The notes: a model not told the origin generated them from the letters alone. A stretch of DNA of 44,070 nucleotides from Intestinibacter sp. (GCF_022780145.1 NZ_JALEXO010000340.1:1-44070), one strand, 5' to 3'; shown: positions 31,468 through 39,728, counted from the first letter of the stretch. Numbers and translations: made by a program.

Positions 31468-31482
31468 TCATTGGAGTGTAAA

Positions 31483-31803
31483 ATGATAAAAGTAAAATAT
31501 CATTACACAGATGATTTCAAATTAAAAGGATTCACACTAAAGGGACATGCAGATTACGCAGAAAGTGGATACGATATAGTTTGCGCAGCTGTCACATCTA
31601 ATGCAATTGGTGTGGATAACTCATTGAATTTACTTGCAAAAGTAGAGTTCGAGTCCGAGATAGGACAAGAAGGATTTATAGAGTGTATAGTAAAAGATGA
31701 ATGTCTAAATGAAAAGACAGATTTATTGCTAGAACACTTTAAGCTTACAATCGAAATGATAAAAGGACAATATCCGAAAAATATAAAAATCTTAAAAAAG
31801 TAG
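31483..31803 (+). CDS. prp: Ribosomal-processing cysteine protease Prp
   Basis: GHADY..GYDIVCAAV His/Cys dyad; between rplU and rpmA; start at ATG 31483 after GGAG. Confidence 0.92.
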   Translation: MIKVKYHYTDDFKLKGFTLKGHADYAESGYDIVCAAVTSNAIGVDNSLNLLAKVEFESEIGQEGFIECIVKDECLNEKTDLLLEHFKLTIEMIKGQYPKNIKILKK

Positions 31804-31816
31804 GGGGTGACTCCAA

Positions 31817-32107
31817 ATGTTAAACATGAACTTACAATTATTAGCATCTAAGAAAGGGGTAGGGTCTTCTAAAAATGGTAGAGATTCTATATCAAAGAGA
31901 TTAGGTGTTAAAAAATACGACGGACAAGTAGTTACTGCTGGTAGTATAATAGTAAGACAAAGAGGTACTAAAATACATCCAGGAACTAATGTAGGTAAAG
32001 GTGGAGACGATACTTTATTCGCATTAATAGACGGTACTGTTAAGTTCGAAAGATACGACAAAAAAAGAAAAAAAGTAAGTATATATCCAGTAGAAGTTGC
32101 TGAATAA
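31817..32107 (+). CDS. rpmA: 50S ribosomal protein L27 with cleavable N-terminal extension
   Basis: [24 protein letters not shown]. Confidence 0.98.
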   Translation: MLNMNLQLLASKKGVGSSKNGRDSISKRLGVKKYDGQVVTAGSIIVRQRGTKIHPGTNVGKGGDDTLFALIDGTVKFERYDKKRKKVSIYPVEVAE

Positions 32108-32116
32108 TTATAAAGG

Positions 32117-32142
32117 AAAGGAGTGTACATACACTCCTTTTT
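32117..32142 (+). terminator. rpmA terminator
   Basis: AAAGGAGTGTA-ca-TACACTCCTTTTT. Confidence 0.85.
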
Positions 32143-32164
32143 ATAATGCATAGGAAAGGGTAGT

Positions 32165-32270
32165 GTACTTGCTGCGCCAAGTACTTAAATTATATTCCTT
32201 TGAAATTGTGGATAAATATAATTTTCGTCATGCATTTCAAAAAGGTTATCGCACTTACTGCGTCAAGTGC
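32165..32270. other. Structured intergenic element: two covarying direct-repeat hairpins flanking a central stem
   Basis: GTACTTGCTGCGCCAAGTAC (32165-84) and GCACTTACTGCGTCAAGTGC (32251-70); central TTTGAAAT/ATTTCAAA stem. Confidence 0.7.
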
Positions 32271-32377
32271 TAAAAAATCAACATTATGGATCTTTAGGAT
32301 AAAGATTTTCTTATTTTAGATGAATAATATATACCTTAGATTTGGAAATAATAATAATTATTTAGGAGGTGAAGGAC

Positions 32378-33658
32378 TTGTTTATAGATAAAGCTAGAAT
32401 ATTCGTAAAAGCAGGAAACGGCGGAAATGGTGCAGTATCATTTAGAAGAGAAAAATACGTTCCAGCAGGAGGACCAGATGGCGGAGATGGCGGTCGTGGA
32501 GCTAGTATAATCTTCAAGGTAGATACAGGACTTAGAACTTTAATGGATTTCAAATACAAAAAGAAATACGTAGGTGAGCCGGGAGCTGACGGAAGCAAAA
32601 AAAGACAAGCAGGAAAAAACGGTGAAGACTTAATACTAAAGGTTCCACCAGGGACAATAATAAGAGACGAGGCTACTAATTTAGTAATAGCAGATTTAAA
32701 ACACGACGGTGATGAAGCTGTAGTTGCAAAAGGTGGTAGAGGCGGAAAAGGAAACCAACATTTTGCAAATGCAGTAAGACAAGCACCTAGCTTTGCAAAA
32801 TCAGGAACTGATGGAGAAGAGAGATGGGTAATACTAGAGCTTAAGATGATAGCCGATGTAGGGCTTTTAGGGTTCCCTAATGTAGGTAAATCAACTTTCT
32901 TATCAGTAGTAACTAAGGCAAGACCTAAGATAGCAAACTATCACTTTACGACATTGACTCCAAATTTAGGAGTTGTGAAGACTAATTTTGGGGATAGCTT
33001 TGTGCTTGCAGATATACCAGGTCTTATAGAAGGTGCTGCAGAGGGTGTAGGTCTTGGACATGATTTCTTAAGACATGTCGAAAGAACAAAGGTACTTATT
33101 CATATAGTAGATATATCAGGAATCGAAGGTAGAGATCCTATTGAAGATTTCGATAAGATAAACGATGAATTAAAACTATACAACGAAAAATTAGCTACTA
33201 GACCTCAAATAGTAGTTGCAAATAAAGCCGATTTATTATTTGATGAATCAATTTATGAAAACTTCAAAAAGACTTTAGAAGATAGAGGGTATAAGGTATT
33301 TAAGATGTCTGCTGCTACTAGAGATGGTGTAGACGATGTAATAGCATATACATCACAACTACTTCAAGAGGTAGAGGATGTTGAGCTAGTATCAGAAGAA
33401 GAATACTACAGACCAGAGCTTGACAATACGGGTGAAGAGGAATTAGCTATAGAAATCGACGAAAATGGAGTATATGTAGTTACAGGTAAGAAGCTTAGAA
33501 GAATCATGTATTCTGTCGATTTTGACGATATGGAATCTATACAATTCTTCCAAAAAACTATGGAAAACGAAGGAGTATTTGATAGACTTAGAGAAATGGG
33601 TATAGAAGATGGAGATACTGTTAAAATATACGAAGTAGAATTTGAATTCTACGATTAG
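32378..33658 (+). CDS. obgE: GTPase ObgE
   Basis: GNGGNG..FRREKYVP.GGPDGGDGG, GFPNVGKST, DIPGL, NKAD; TTG start after AGGAGG. Confidence 0.98.
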   Translation: MFIDKARIFVKAGNGGNGAVSFRREKYVPAGGPDGGDGGRGASIIFKVDTGLRTLMDFKYKKKYVGEPGADGSKKRQAGKNGEDLILKVPPGTIIRDEATNLVIADLKHDGDEAVVAKGGRGGKGNQHFANAVRQAPSFAKSGTDGEERWVILELKMIADVGLLGFPNVGKSTFLSVVTKARPKIANYHFTTLTPNLGVVKTNFGDSFVLADIPGLIEGAAEGVGLGHDFLRHVERTKVLIHIVDISGIEGRDPIEDFDKINDELKLYNEKLATRPQIVVANKADLLFDESIYENFKKTLEDRGYKVFKMSAATRDGVDDVIAYTSQLLQEVEDVELVSEEEYYRPELDNTGEEELAIEIDENGVYVVTGKKLRRIMYSVDFDDMESIQFFQKTMENEGVFDRLREMGIEDGDTVKIYEVEFEFYD

Positions 33659-33687
33659 AATAGATAATTATAAATTAGGAGGAAAAC

Positions 33688-34053
33688 ATGTTAAATAGTA
33701 AACAAAGAGCTTATTTAAGATCTCTTGCAAATACTATGAAGCCTATAACTCAAATAGGTAAAGACGGTGTAAATGAGAGATTTTTAGAGCAATTAGATGA
33801 TATGCTAAACGCTAGAGAATTAGTTAAAATAAATATACTTGAAACTGCTGGACTTGACGCAAAGGAAACTGCAAATTATATATGCAATGCATTAAGAGCA
33901 GAATTTGTTCAAGCTATAGGTTTTAAATTTACAATATACAGAAAAAATATAGAAGAACCTAAGATATTATTCCCAGGTCAAAAACCTAAGAAAAAGGTTA
34001 ATAATGAAGATACAACTAAAAAAGGTAGACCTACAAAGAGATCTAAGAGATAG
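33688..34053 (+). CDS. yhbY: RNA-binding CRM-domain protein YhbY
   Basis: LNSKQRAYLRSLA, QIGKDG, ELVKI, basic C-tail. Confidence 0.92.
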   Translation: MLNSKQRAYLRSLANTMKPITQIGKDGVNERFLEQLDDMLNARELVKINILETAGLDAKETANYICNALRAEFVQAIGFKFTIYRKNIEEPKILFPGQKPKKKVNNEDTTKKGRPTKRSKR

Positions 34054-34083
34054 AAAATAAATCCATATATGATTTTAAAAAAG

Positions 34084-34124
34084 AAAAGAATTGTCCGAAA
34101 ATTAAACAGGGCAATTCTTTTTTT
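34084..34124. terminator. Bidirectional terminator between yhbY and rnz
   Basis: AAAAGAATTGTCC...GGGCAATTCTTTTTTT. Confidence 0.75.
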
Positions 34125-34231
34125 GAATTAAATTTTAAAATAGTAAAGGATAATTATAAAATTCGATATGTATATTAAAATTCCTCTACAAATTATTAAA
34201 ATAAATTAAATTTTTTAATTTATCTAACAAA

Positions 34232-35149
34232 TCAATCTTTATATGATAAATTTAGAGATAATCCATCTTCACCGACTATTGTGTTTTTAAAAAATTTAGT
34301 CGCATTTTGGATAAATTCCTTAGGTTCTTCAAGAGAAGGGCTGAAATGAGTTAGAAGTAGCTTATCTACATTTCCGTTATTAGCTAAATTAGCTGCTTCT
34401 CTGAAGGTCATGTGCTTGTTTTTAACAGCTTTTGATATATCTAAATCGTCCCCGTACATAGCTTCACACACGAATAGGTCACTTCCATATATAAATTTTG
34501 GTATATCAAAGATAGGTCTAGTATCAGTTATAAAGCTTAGTTTTATCCCTCTGCGCTCATCTCCTAGGACCATGTCTGAGTAATAAGTTTTATCTCCGTA
34601 GATTACAGTGTCGTTTTCTTGGAGTTTTTTCCAAAGTTTTTGTGGAACTTCATTTGCCATGGCTTTTTCTCTATCGAATTTAGCTTTTCTCTTAAAATAC
34701 AGGCTATATCCTATGCATTCAGTAGAATGGTCTAAATCTATAGTTGAAATTTCGATATCGCTTATAATTTCTTTGTCGATGATAAATTTATCACGTGGAT
34801 TTTCGATTACATATACTCTATACGGTAGATATTCAATCAATACTTTAATGGCGTTCATAGCCTCTATTATTCCTGTGGGACCGACTATAGTTAGGTCGTC
34901 GGTTTTCCCGCTATTTCCGATAGTCTGAAGTAGACCTATCAATCCTATTATATGGTCGCCGTGTAGATGCGTTATAAGTATTAAATCTATTCCTTTAAAG
35001 CCACAGTTGTTTTTTTTCATAGCTACTTGAGTTCCTTCTCCGCAGTCTATCAGTATTTTTCTGCCCTTGTAATTTATAAAAAGAGAGGAAAGAAACCTAT
35101 TTGGCATAGGTACATTTCCACCACAGCCCAGTAAAATTAAATCTATCAT
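34232..35149 (-). CDS. rnz: Ribonuclease Z
   Basis: DCGEGTQ, THLHGDH metallo-beta-lactamase motif, TDTRP, LTHFS. Confidence 0.93.
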   Translation of the reverse strand: MIDLILLGCGGNVPMPNRFLSSLFINYKGRKILIDCGEGTQVAMKKNNCGFKGIDLILITHLHGDHIIGLIGLLQTIGNSGKTDDLTIVGPTGIIEAMNAIKVLIEYLPYRVYVIENPRDKFIIDKEIISDIEISTIDLDHSTECIGYSLYFKRKAKFDREKAMANEVPQKLWKKLQENDTVIYGDKTYYSDMVLGDERRGIKLSFITDTRPIFDIPKFIYGSDLFVCEAMYGDDLDISKAVKNKHMTFREAANLANNGNVDKLLLTHFSPSLEEPKEFIQNATKFFKNTIVGEDGLSLNLSYKD

Positions 35150-35253
35150 ATATACCTCCTTGCAGGTTAATAATTTTTAATATATTGTAACATTTACGTT
35201 ACTTATATTTTAACCGTTTAATGTAAAATTAGTAAATAAGGGGGTAAAATATT

Positions 35254-36147
35254 ATGAAAAAAATCAAATTTTTAGTCGTTGTTGTATCTTTAGTTTTTAG
35301 TATTTTTTTGTTTAGTGGATGTAGTGATTTGAAAAGTCAGGTTCAAAGTTCTAGCGATATTAGTGATTTAAGTCAGAATGAAAAAAGCAATGTGATAACA
35401 GTAAAAAAAGATGAAAATATTTTAAGAGATAGATACGATGTTCCAGAGGGCTATGAGAGAGTTCCTGTAGATGAAAATAGCTTTGGTAAATTTTTGAGAA
35501 ACTCTAAATTAGAGGATTACGGCGATAAAGTAAAATATTATGACGGCCGCGTCAAAGACAAACCAAATGTATACGACAGCGTATTTGATGTAGATATTGG
35601 CGATAGAGACTTACACCAATGTGCAGATGCAGTAATGCTTTTGAGGGCTGAGTATTTGTATCAAAATAAAAGATACGATGATATAAGCTTTCACTTCGTA
35701 GATGGATTTAATGCCGAATATAGCAAGTGGAGAAGAGGATATAGAATTAGTGTAGGAGATAATTCCTCTTCGTATTATAAGGCTACGAGAGAGAGTAATA
35801 CTTATGATACATTTAGAAAATACATGGATATAGTGTTTGCCTATAGTTCTACCTTGTCCTTAGATGAAGAGCTAGAAAGTGTCGATGTAGAAGATATGCA
35901 AATAGGAGATGTATTTATAAAAGGAGGTTCTCCAGGTCATTGTGCTATAGTTGTGGATATGGCAGAAAATAAAAAAACAGGAGGAAAGGTATTTATGCTC
36001 GCTCAAAGCTATATGCCAGCTCAACAGACTCAGCTTCTAATAAACCCAAATGATGAATCTCTAAGTCCTTGGTATAGCTTAGATTTTGGAGAAAATATAA
36101 AAACACCGGAGTGGACATTTACAAGGGATCAACTAAAAAGATTTTAA
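35254..36147 (+). CDS. Lipoprotein, DUF4846-like
   Basis: Lipobox FSGC; LHQCADAVMLLRAEYL, GSPGHC, LAQSYMPAQ. Confidence 0.8.
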   Translation: MKKIKFLVVVVSLVFSIFLFSGCSDLKSQVQSSSDISDLSQNEKSNVITVKKDENILRDRYDVPEGYERVPVDENSFGKFLRNSKLEDYGDKVKYYDGRVKDKPNVYDSVFDVDIGDRDLHQCADAVMLLRAEYLYQNKRYDDISFHFVDGFNAEYSKWRRGYRISVGDNSSSYYKATRESNTYDTFRKYMDIVFAYSSTLSLDEELESVDVEDMQIGDVFIKGGSPGHCAIVVDMAENKKTGGKVFMLAQSYMPAQQTQLLINPNDESLSPWYSLDFGENIKTPEWTFTRDQLKRF

Positions 36148-36222
36148 TTTAAAATAAAATAAAAAAAGTATCAATATGATACAAATTATACCCATACAAT
36201 TCCTAATTTATGTCATATTGTA

Positions 36223-36250
36223 TTGCAATAAAATAGAGATAATATATAAT
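36223..36250 (+). promoter_or_regulatory. SigA promoter of aminotransferase
   Basis: TTGCAA-16 nt-TATAAT. Confidence 0.55.
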
Positions 36251-36324
36251 ATCTTTAAGACGATAGAAATATATTATCTTTTTTTAATTTAAAAATAAGT
36301 TGATTTATAGTTAGGAGTGACGAC

Positions 36325-37479
36325 ATGAACAAGATGAACGATAAAATTGTATATACACCAGGTCCATCAGAGGTCAGAGAAAATGTAAGATTAAAAAGAG
36401 CTGAAAAGACAACTAACCCTGATGTAGACGTAGAATTTTGCGAATTCTATAAAAATACTTGCGATAAAATGGCAAAAATATTGAAGACAACAAACGATGT
36501 TTATATATTAAGTGGAGAAGGAATTTTAGGTCTAGAAGCTGCTTGTGCATCTCTTACAGAAAAGGGAGATCGTGTTTTAGTAATAGATAACGGGATATTT
36601 GGTAGAGGTTTTGACGACTTCGTAAAAATGTACGGAGGAGAAGTTGTATATTTCTCAGATGATTATAAAAAAGAAATAGATGTGGATAAGTTAGCAAAAT
36701 TCTTAGAAGACGACCATGATTTCAAATACGCTACAGTAGTACACTGCGATACACCAACAGGAGTTTTAAACGACCTATCAAAAATATGTCCACTTCTTAA
36801 AAAATACGGCATACTAACAGTTGTAGATTCAGTTGCTGCGATGGTAGGAGAAAATATAGAAGTAGACAACTGGCAAATAGACATAGTTTGTGGAGGTTCT
36901 CAAAAGGCTATTTCAGCTCCAACAGGACTTACTATGGTAGGGGTAAGTGAAGATGCAAAATCTGCAATGAAAAACAGAAAAACTCCTATAGCAGGATTTT
37001 ACTGCAATTTAACTATATGGGAAAATTACTACAAAGACAAATGGTTCCCATACACAATGCCTATAAGCGATATTATGGGACTTGATGTAGCACTTGACAA
37101 CATATTAGATGAAGGACTTGAAAACGTACATAAGAGACACGCAAAAATTGCAAATGCTACAAGAAAAGCAGTAGAAGAATATGGATTAAAATTGTTCCTA
37201 GAAAATGGATATTCAAATACAGTAACAGTTGTAGATATTCCTGAAGAAATAGGAGCAGGAAATTTAGTTAAACATTTATTAGAAAAATACAACCTAGTAA
37301 TGACAACATCACTAGCTCAATATACAGGAAAAATACTTAGAATAGGTCATATGGGTGAAAATGCTAAGCATGAAGCTATAGTACCTGTTCTTAATTACTT
37401 AGATTTAGGACTTAAAGACTTAGGATTTAAGACTGACAAAAATTTAGTTGAATTATTTAATAAATATTATAATGCTTAA
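36325..37479 (+). CDS. Class V (fold type I) aminotransferase, pyridoxamine-pyruvate aminotransferase-like
   Basis: TPGP, SGEGILGLEAA, HCDTPTG, VDSV, GSQK(194), RIGHMG. Confidence 0.85.
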   Translation: MNKMNDKIVYTPGPSEVRENVRLKRAEKTTNPDVDVEFCEFYKNTCDKMAKILKTTNDVYILSGEGILGLEAACASLTEKGDRVLVIDNGIFGRGFDDFVKMYGGEVVYFSDDYKKEIDVDKLAKFLEDDHDFKYATVVHCDTPTGVLNDLSKICPLLKKYGILTVVDSVAAMVGENIEVDNWQIDIVCGGSQKAISAPTGLTMVGVSEDAKSAMKNRKTPIAGFYCNLTIWENYYKDKWFPYTMPISDIMGLDVALDNILDEGLENVHKRHAKIANATRKAVEEYGLKLFLENGYSNTVTVVDIPEEIGAGNLVKHLLEKYNLVMTTSLAQYTGKILRIGHMGENAKHEAIVPVLNYLDLGLKDLGFKTDKNLVELFNKYYNA

Positions 37480-37519
37480 ATATTTATGAGATATTTAAAG
37501 TTAGATTAAAATTGAATAA

Positions 37520-37556
37520 ATTACTATTGTCCTAAATGTATTAGGACAATAGTAAT
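37520..37556. repeat. Perfect 16-bp inverted repeat upstream of the ECF S-component gene
   Basis: ATTACTATTGTCCTAA-atgta-TTAGGACAATAGTAAT. Confidence 0.8.
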
Positions 37557-37579
37557 AATATAAATTAAGGAGGATACAA

Positions 37580-38107
37580 ATGCAAGAAGTTAAACAAAAC
37601 AGTAGAGTAAATACAAAAGACCTAGTAGAAACAGCGCTTTTAATTGCACTAGTTTATATCGCAACAAGATTTATAAATATAAGATTACCAATAGCTGCAT
37701 CTGGTGGGTTAGTTCATTTAGGAAATACTATGCTATTTGTAGCAGCAATAGTATTTGGTTCTAAAAAAGGAGCCGCAGCAGGTGCCTTTGGAATGGGATT
37801 ATTTGATTTATTATCAGAATGGGCTATGTGGGCGCCATTTACATTTGTGATAAGAGGAGTTATGGGATATATAATAGGAAAAATAGCTTGGTCTAATGGA
37901 AGAGAAGGCAATAATATGCTTGTAAATATAGCTGCTATAATAATTTCAGGTGTATGGATGATAATAGGATATTATATAACTGAAGGTATTTTATATGGAA
38001 ACTGGGTATCACCTATGATGTCAATACCTGGAAACATAACTCAAATAGTAGTTGGATTAATACTTGGAGTACCAATTGCTAAAGCATTAAAAAAATGTAT
38101 GAGATAA
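37580..38107 (+). CDS. ECF transporter S component, PdxU2/HmpT-like (probably vitamin B6)
   Basis: ~175-aa polytopic protein; GGLVHLGN, G..GAAAGAFGMGLFDL, WAPFTF, SIPGNITQ. Confidence 0.8.
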   Translation: MQEVKQNSRVNTKDLVETALLIALVYIATRFINIRLPIAASGGLVHLGNTMLFVAAIVFGSKKGAAAGAFGMGLFDLLSEWAMWAPFTFVIRGVMGYIIGKIAWSNGREGNNMLVNIAAIIISGVWMIIGYYITEGILYGNWVSPMMSIPGNITQIVVGLILGVPIAKALKKCMR

Positions 38108-38125
38108 AATAAAAATTTTATATTA

Positions 38126-38154
38126 AAAATGGAGGCGTAATCGGCCTCCATTTT
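38126..38154. terminator. Bidirectional terminator
   Basis: AAAATGGAGGC-gtaatcg-GCCTCCATTTT between convergent genes. Confidence 0.8.
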
Positions 38155-38155
38155 A

Positions 38156-38239
38156 TTATCTCATTCTATCTTGCTTGTATAAATTTCTTATATTGTAGAT
38201 TCCAAGAATTACGCATACTACTGCGATCGCTATTTTCAT
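38156..38239 (-). CDS. Unannotated 27-aa hydrophobic small protein MKIAIAVVCVILGIYNIRNLYKQDRMR
   Basis: GGAGG RBS 7 nt upstream of ATG; fills the gap between the recX stop and the terminator. Confidence 0.7.
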   Translation of the reverse strand: MKIAIAVVCVILGIYNIRNLYKQDRMR

Positions 38240-38259
38240 GTATATACCTCCAATTACAA

Positions 38260-38901
38260 TTAACAAGAATACTCATCAATGTCGTTAAATAATCTATTTA
38301 ATACTTTTTTTATTATATCATAATTAAAGCCTTTGTAAGCTAAATGATTGCCTATTTTTTGGTAGGCTTTTCTAGGATCTTCGTTTTTTAGCCTGTCGTA
38401 TCTTTTTTTGCCTAGATAGAGCGCATTTTCAAATTCTTTATCGGAGTCTATTTCATTCATAGCTTGTTCGATGATAGATTTATCTATACCTTTGTTGTAT
38501 AGATTTTGCTTGATTTTATTTTTGCCGTATTTGTTTAAATTTACGTTTGTATTTACAATTCTATTAGCAAGATCTTCGTCGTCTACAAACTTATATTTTT
38601 GCAAAAACTCGATAACTCTATCTATAGTATGCTCTTCAAAATCTTTAGAAAGCTTTTGTTGTATTTGTTTTTCTGATTGGCTGGATTTTGATAGTATATT
38701 TAATGCTTTATTTTTTGCCTTCATGTATATTTCATCATCTAAGATATTTTTTAAATAATCTTTATCTATTTCCTGGCCTTTTTTTAAATTAAAGGAAAAA
38801 ACCAATTCTTTGTAAATCGCCATAAAGAATTTTTCATCTACATATATATTAACCCTGTCGTCGTTTTTCTTTTGAGCTTCTATTTTTGTTATAATTGCCA
38901 T
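38260..38901 (-). CDS. recX: Regulatory protein RecX
   Basis: ITKIEAQK..RVNIYVD, SEKQI..KL, G.NKIKQNLYNKGID, LAYKGF. Confidence 0.93.
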   Translation of the reverse strand: MAIITKIEAQKKNDDRVNIYVDEKFFMAIYKELVFSFNLKKGQEIDKDYLKNILDDEIYMKAKNKALNILSKSSQSEKQIQQKLSKDFEEHTIDRVIEFLQKYKFVDDEDLANRIVNTNVNLNKYGKNKIKQNLYNKGIDKSIIEQAMNEIDSDKEFENALYLGKKRYDRLKNEDPRKAYQKIGNHLAYKGFNYDIIKKVLNRLFNDIDEYSC

Positions 38902-39038
38902 GTGTAGCCTCCTCGTTTTTTGTTAATATTTATATTATACTATATAAAAAATTATTGACAAAAAATAATCATTTTTTACTTTACATAATTAAAATGATAT
39001 AATACTGTATATATTTGTGATAAAAAAGGAGAAAATTG

Positions 39039-39728
39039 ATGAGCATTTATGATTTAGTTATCGAATCTACGTTTTGTAACAATGATAAGATAGCGGATTT
39101 TGAAAAAAATTATGATGGATTGAGAGTAGGTGTTTTAGGAGGTACATTTGACCCTATACACTACGCACATTTAGCAACAGTGGAATTTATTAGATGTAAA
39201 TATAAATTAGATAAAATTATACTTATACCAGCGGGAGATCCGCCACATAAGTTATGGAATATTACTGATAAGTACGATAGATACAATATGGTACTTTTGG
39301 CTATTGCCCAAAATAAGGATTTCTTAGCATTTAATACTGAAATTGAAAAAAAAGGAAAGACATATACAGTAGATACACTTAGATACTTAAAAAAGAATTA
39401 TCCAACTGCTGAAATTTTCTTTATAACAGGTGCAGATGCCATTTGCGATATAGAAGAGTGGAAGGATGTAGAAGAAAATTTCAAGCTAGCTACCTTTATA
39501 GCTGCTACTAGACCGGGTATAAGCTTACTTACAGCCCAAGATAAAATTGAAAGTCTTGAGAGAAAATACAATGCCAATATAATAAATGTATATGTTCCAT
39601 CTTTAGATATATCTTCTACATATATAAGAGATCAACTAAAAAAAGGTAATTCTGTTAGATATTTAATTCCTGAAAGTGTGGAGAGATATATAATGGAAAA
39701 AAATCTATATGGAGTTGGAGATGAATAG
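39039..39728 (+). CDS. nadD: Nicotinate-nucleotide adenylyltransferase
   Basis: GGTFDPIHYAH, PPHK, YTVDTL, FITGAD, ISSTYIR. Confidence 0.95.
   Translation: MSIYDLVIESTFCNNDKIADFEKNYDGLRVGVLGGTFDPIHYAHLATVEFIRCKYKLDKIILIPAGDPPHKLWNITDKYDRYNMVLLAIAQNKDFLAFNTEIEKKGKTYTVDTLRYLKKNYPTAEIFFITGADAICDIEEWKDVEENFKLATFIAATRPGISLLTAQDKIESLERKYNANIINVYVPSLDISSTYIRDQLKKGNSVRYLIPESVERYIMEKNLYGVGDE

Noticed and set aside
31817..31843. N-terminal extension on L27
   Set aside because: Known Firmicutes feature removed by the adjacent Prp protease; not novel.
32207..32215. Perfect DnaA box (TTATCCACA, minus strand) upstream of obgE
   Set aside because: Single box. The same 9-mer recurs inside coding regions (about 7199, 31611, 36681) as Val-Asp codons, and there is no cluster.
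32163..32273. 36-codon GTG-initiated ORF spanning the twin-hairpin element
   Set aside because: Poor RBS spacing and rare codons; the compensatory changes point to nucleic-acid structure rather than coding.
35187..35202. GTAAC-N6-GTTAC palindrome between divergent rnz and the lipoprotein gene
   Set aside because: 5-bp arms are within chance expectation.
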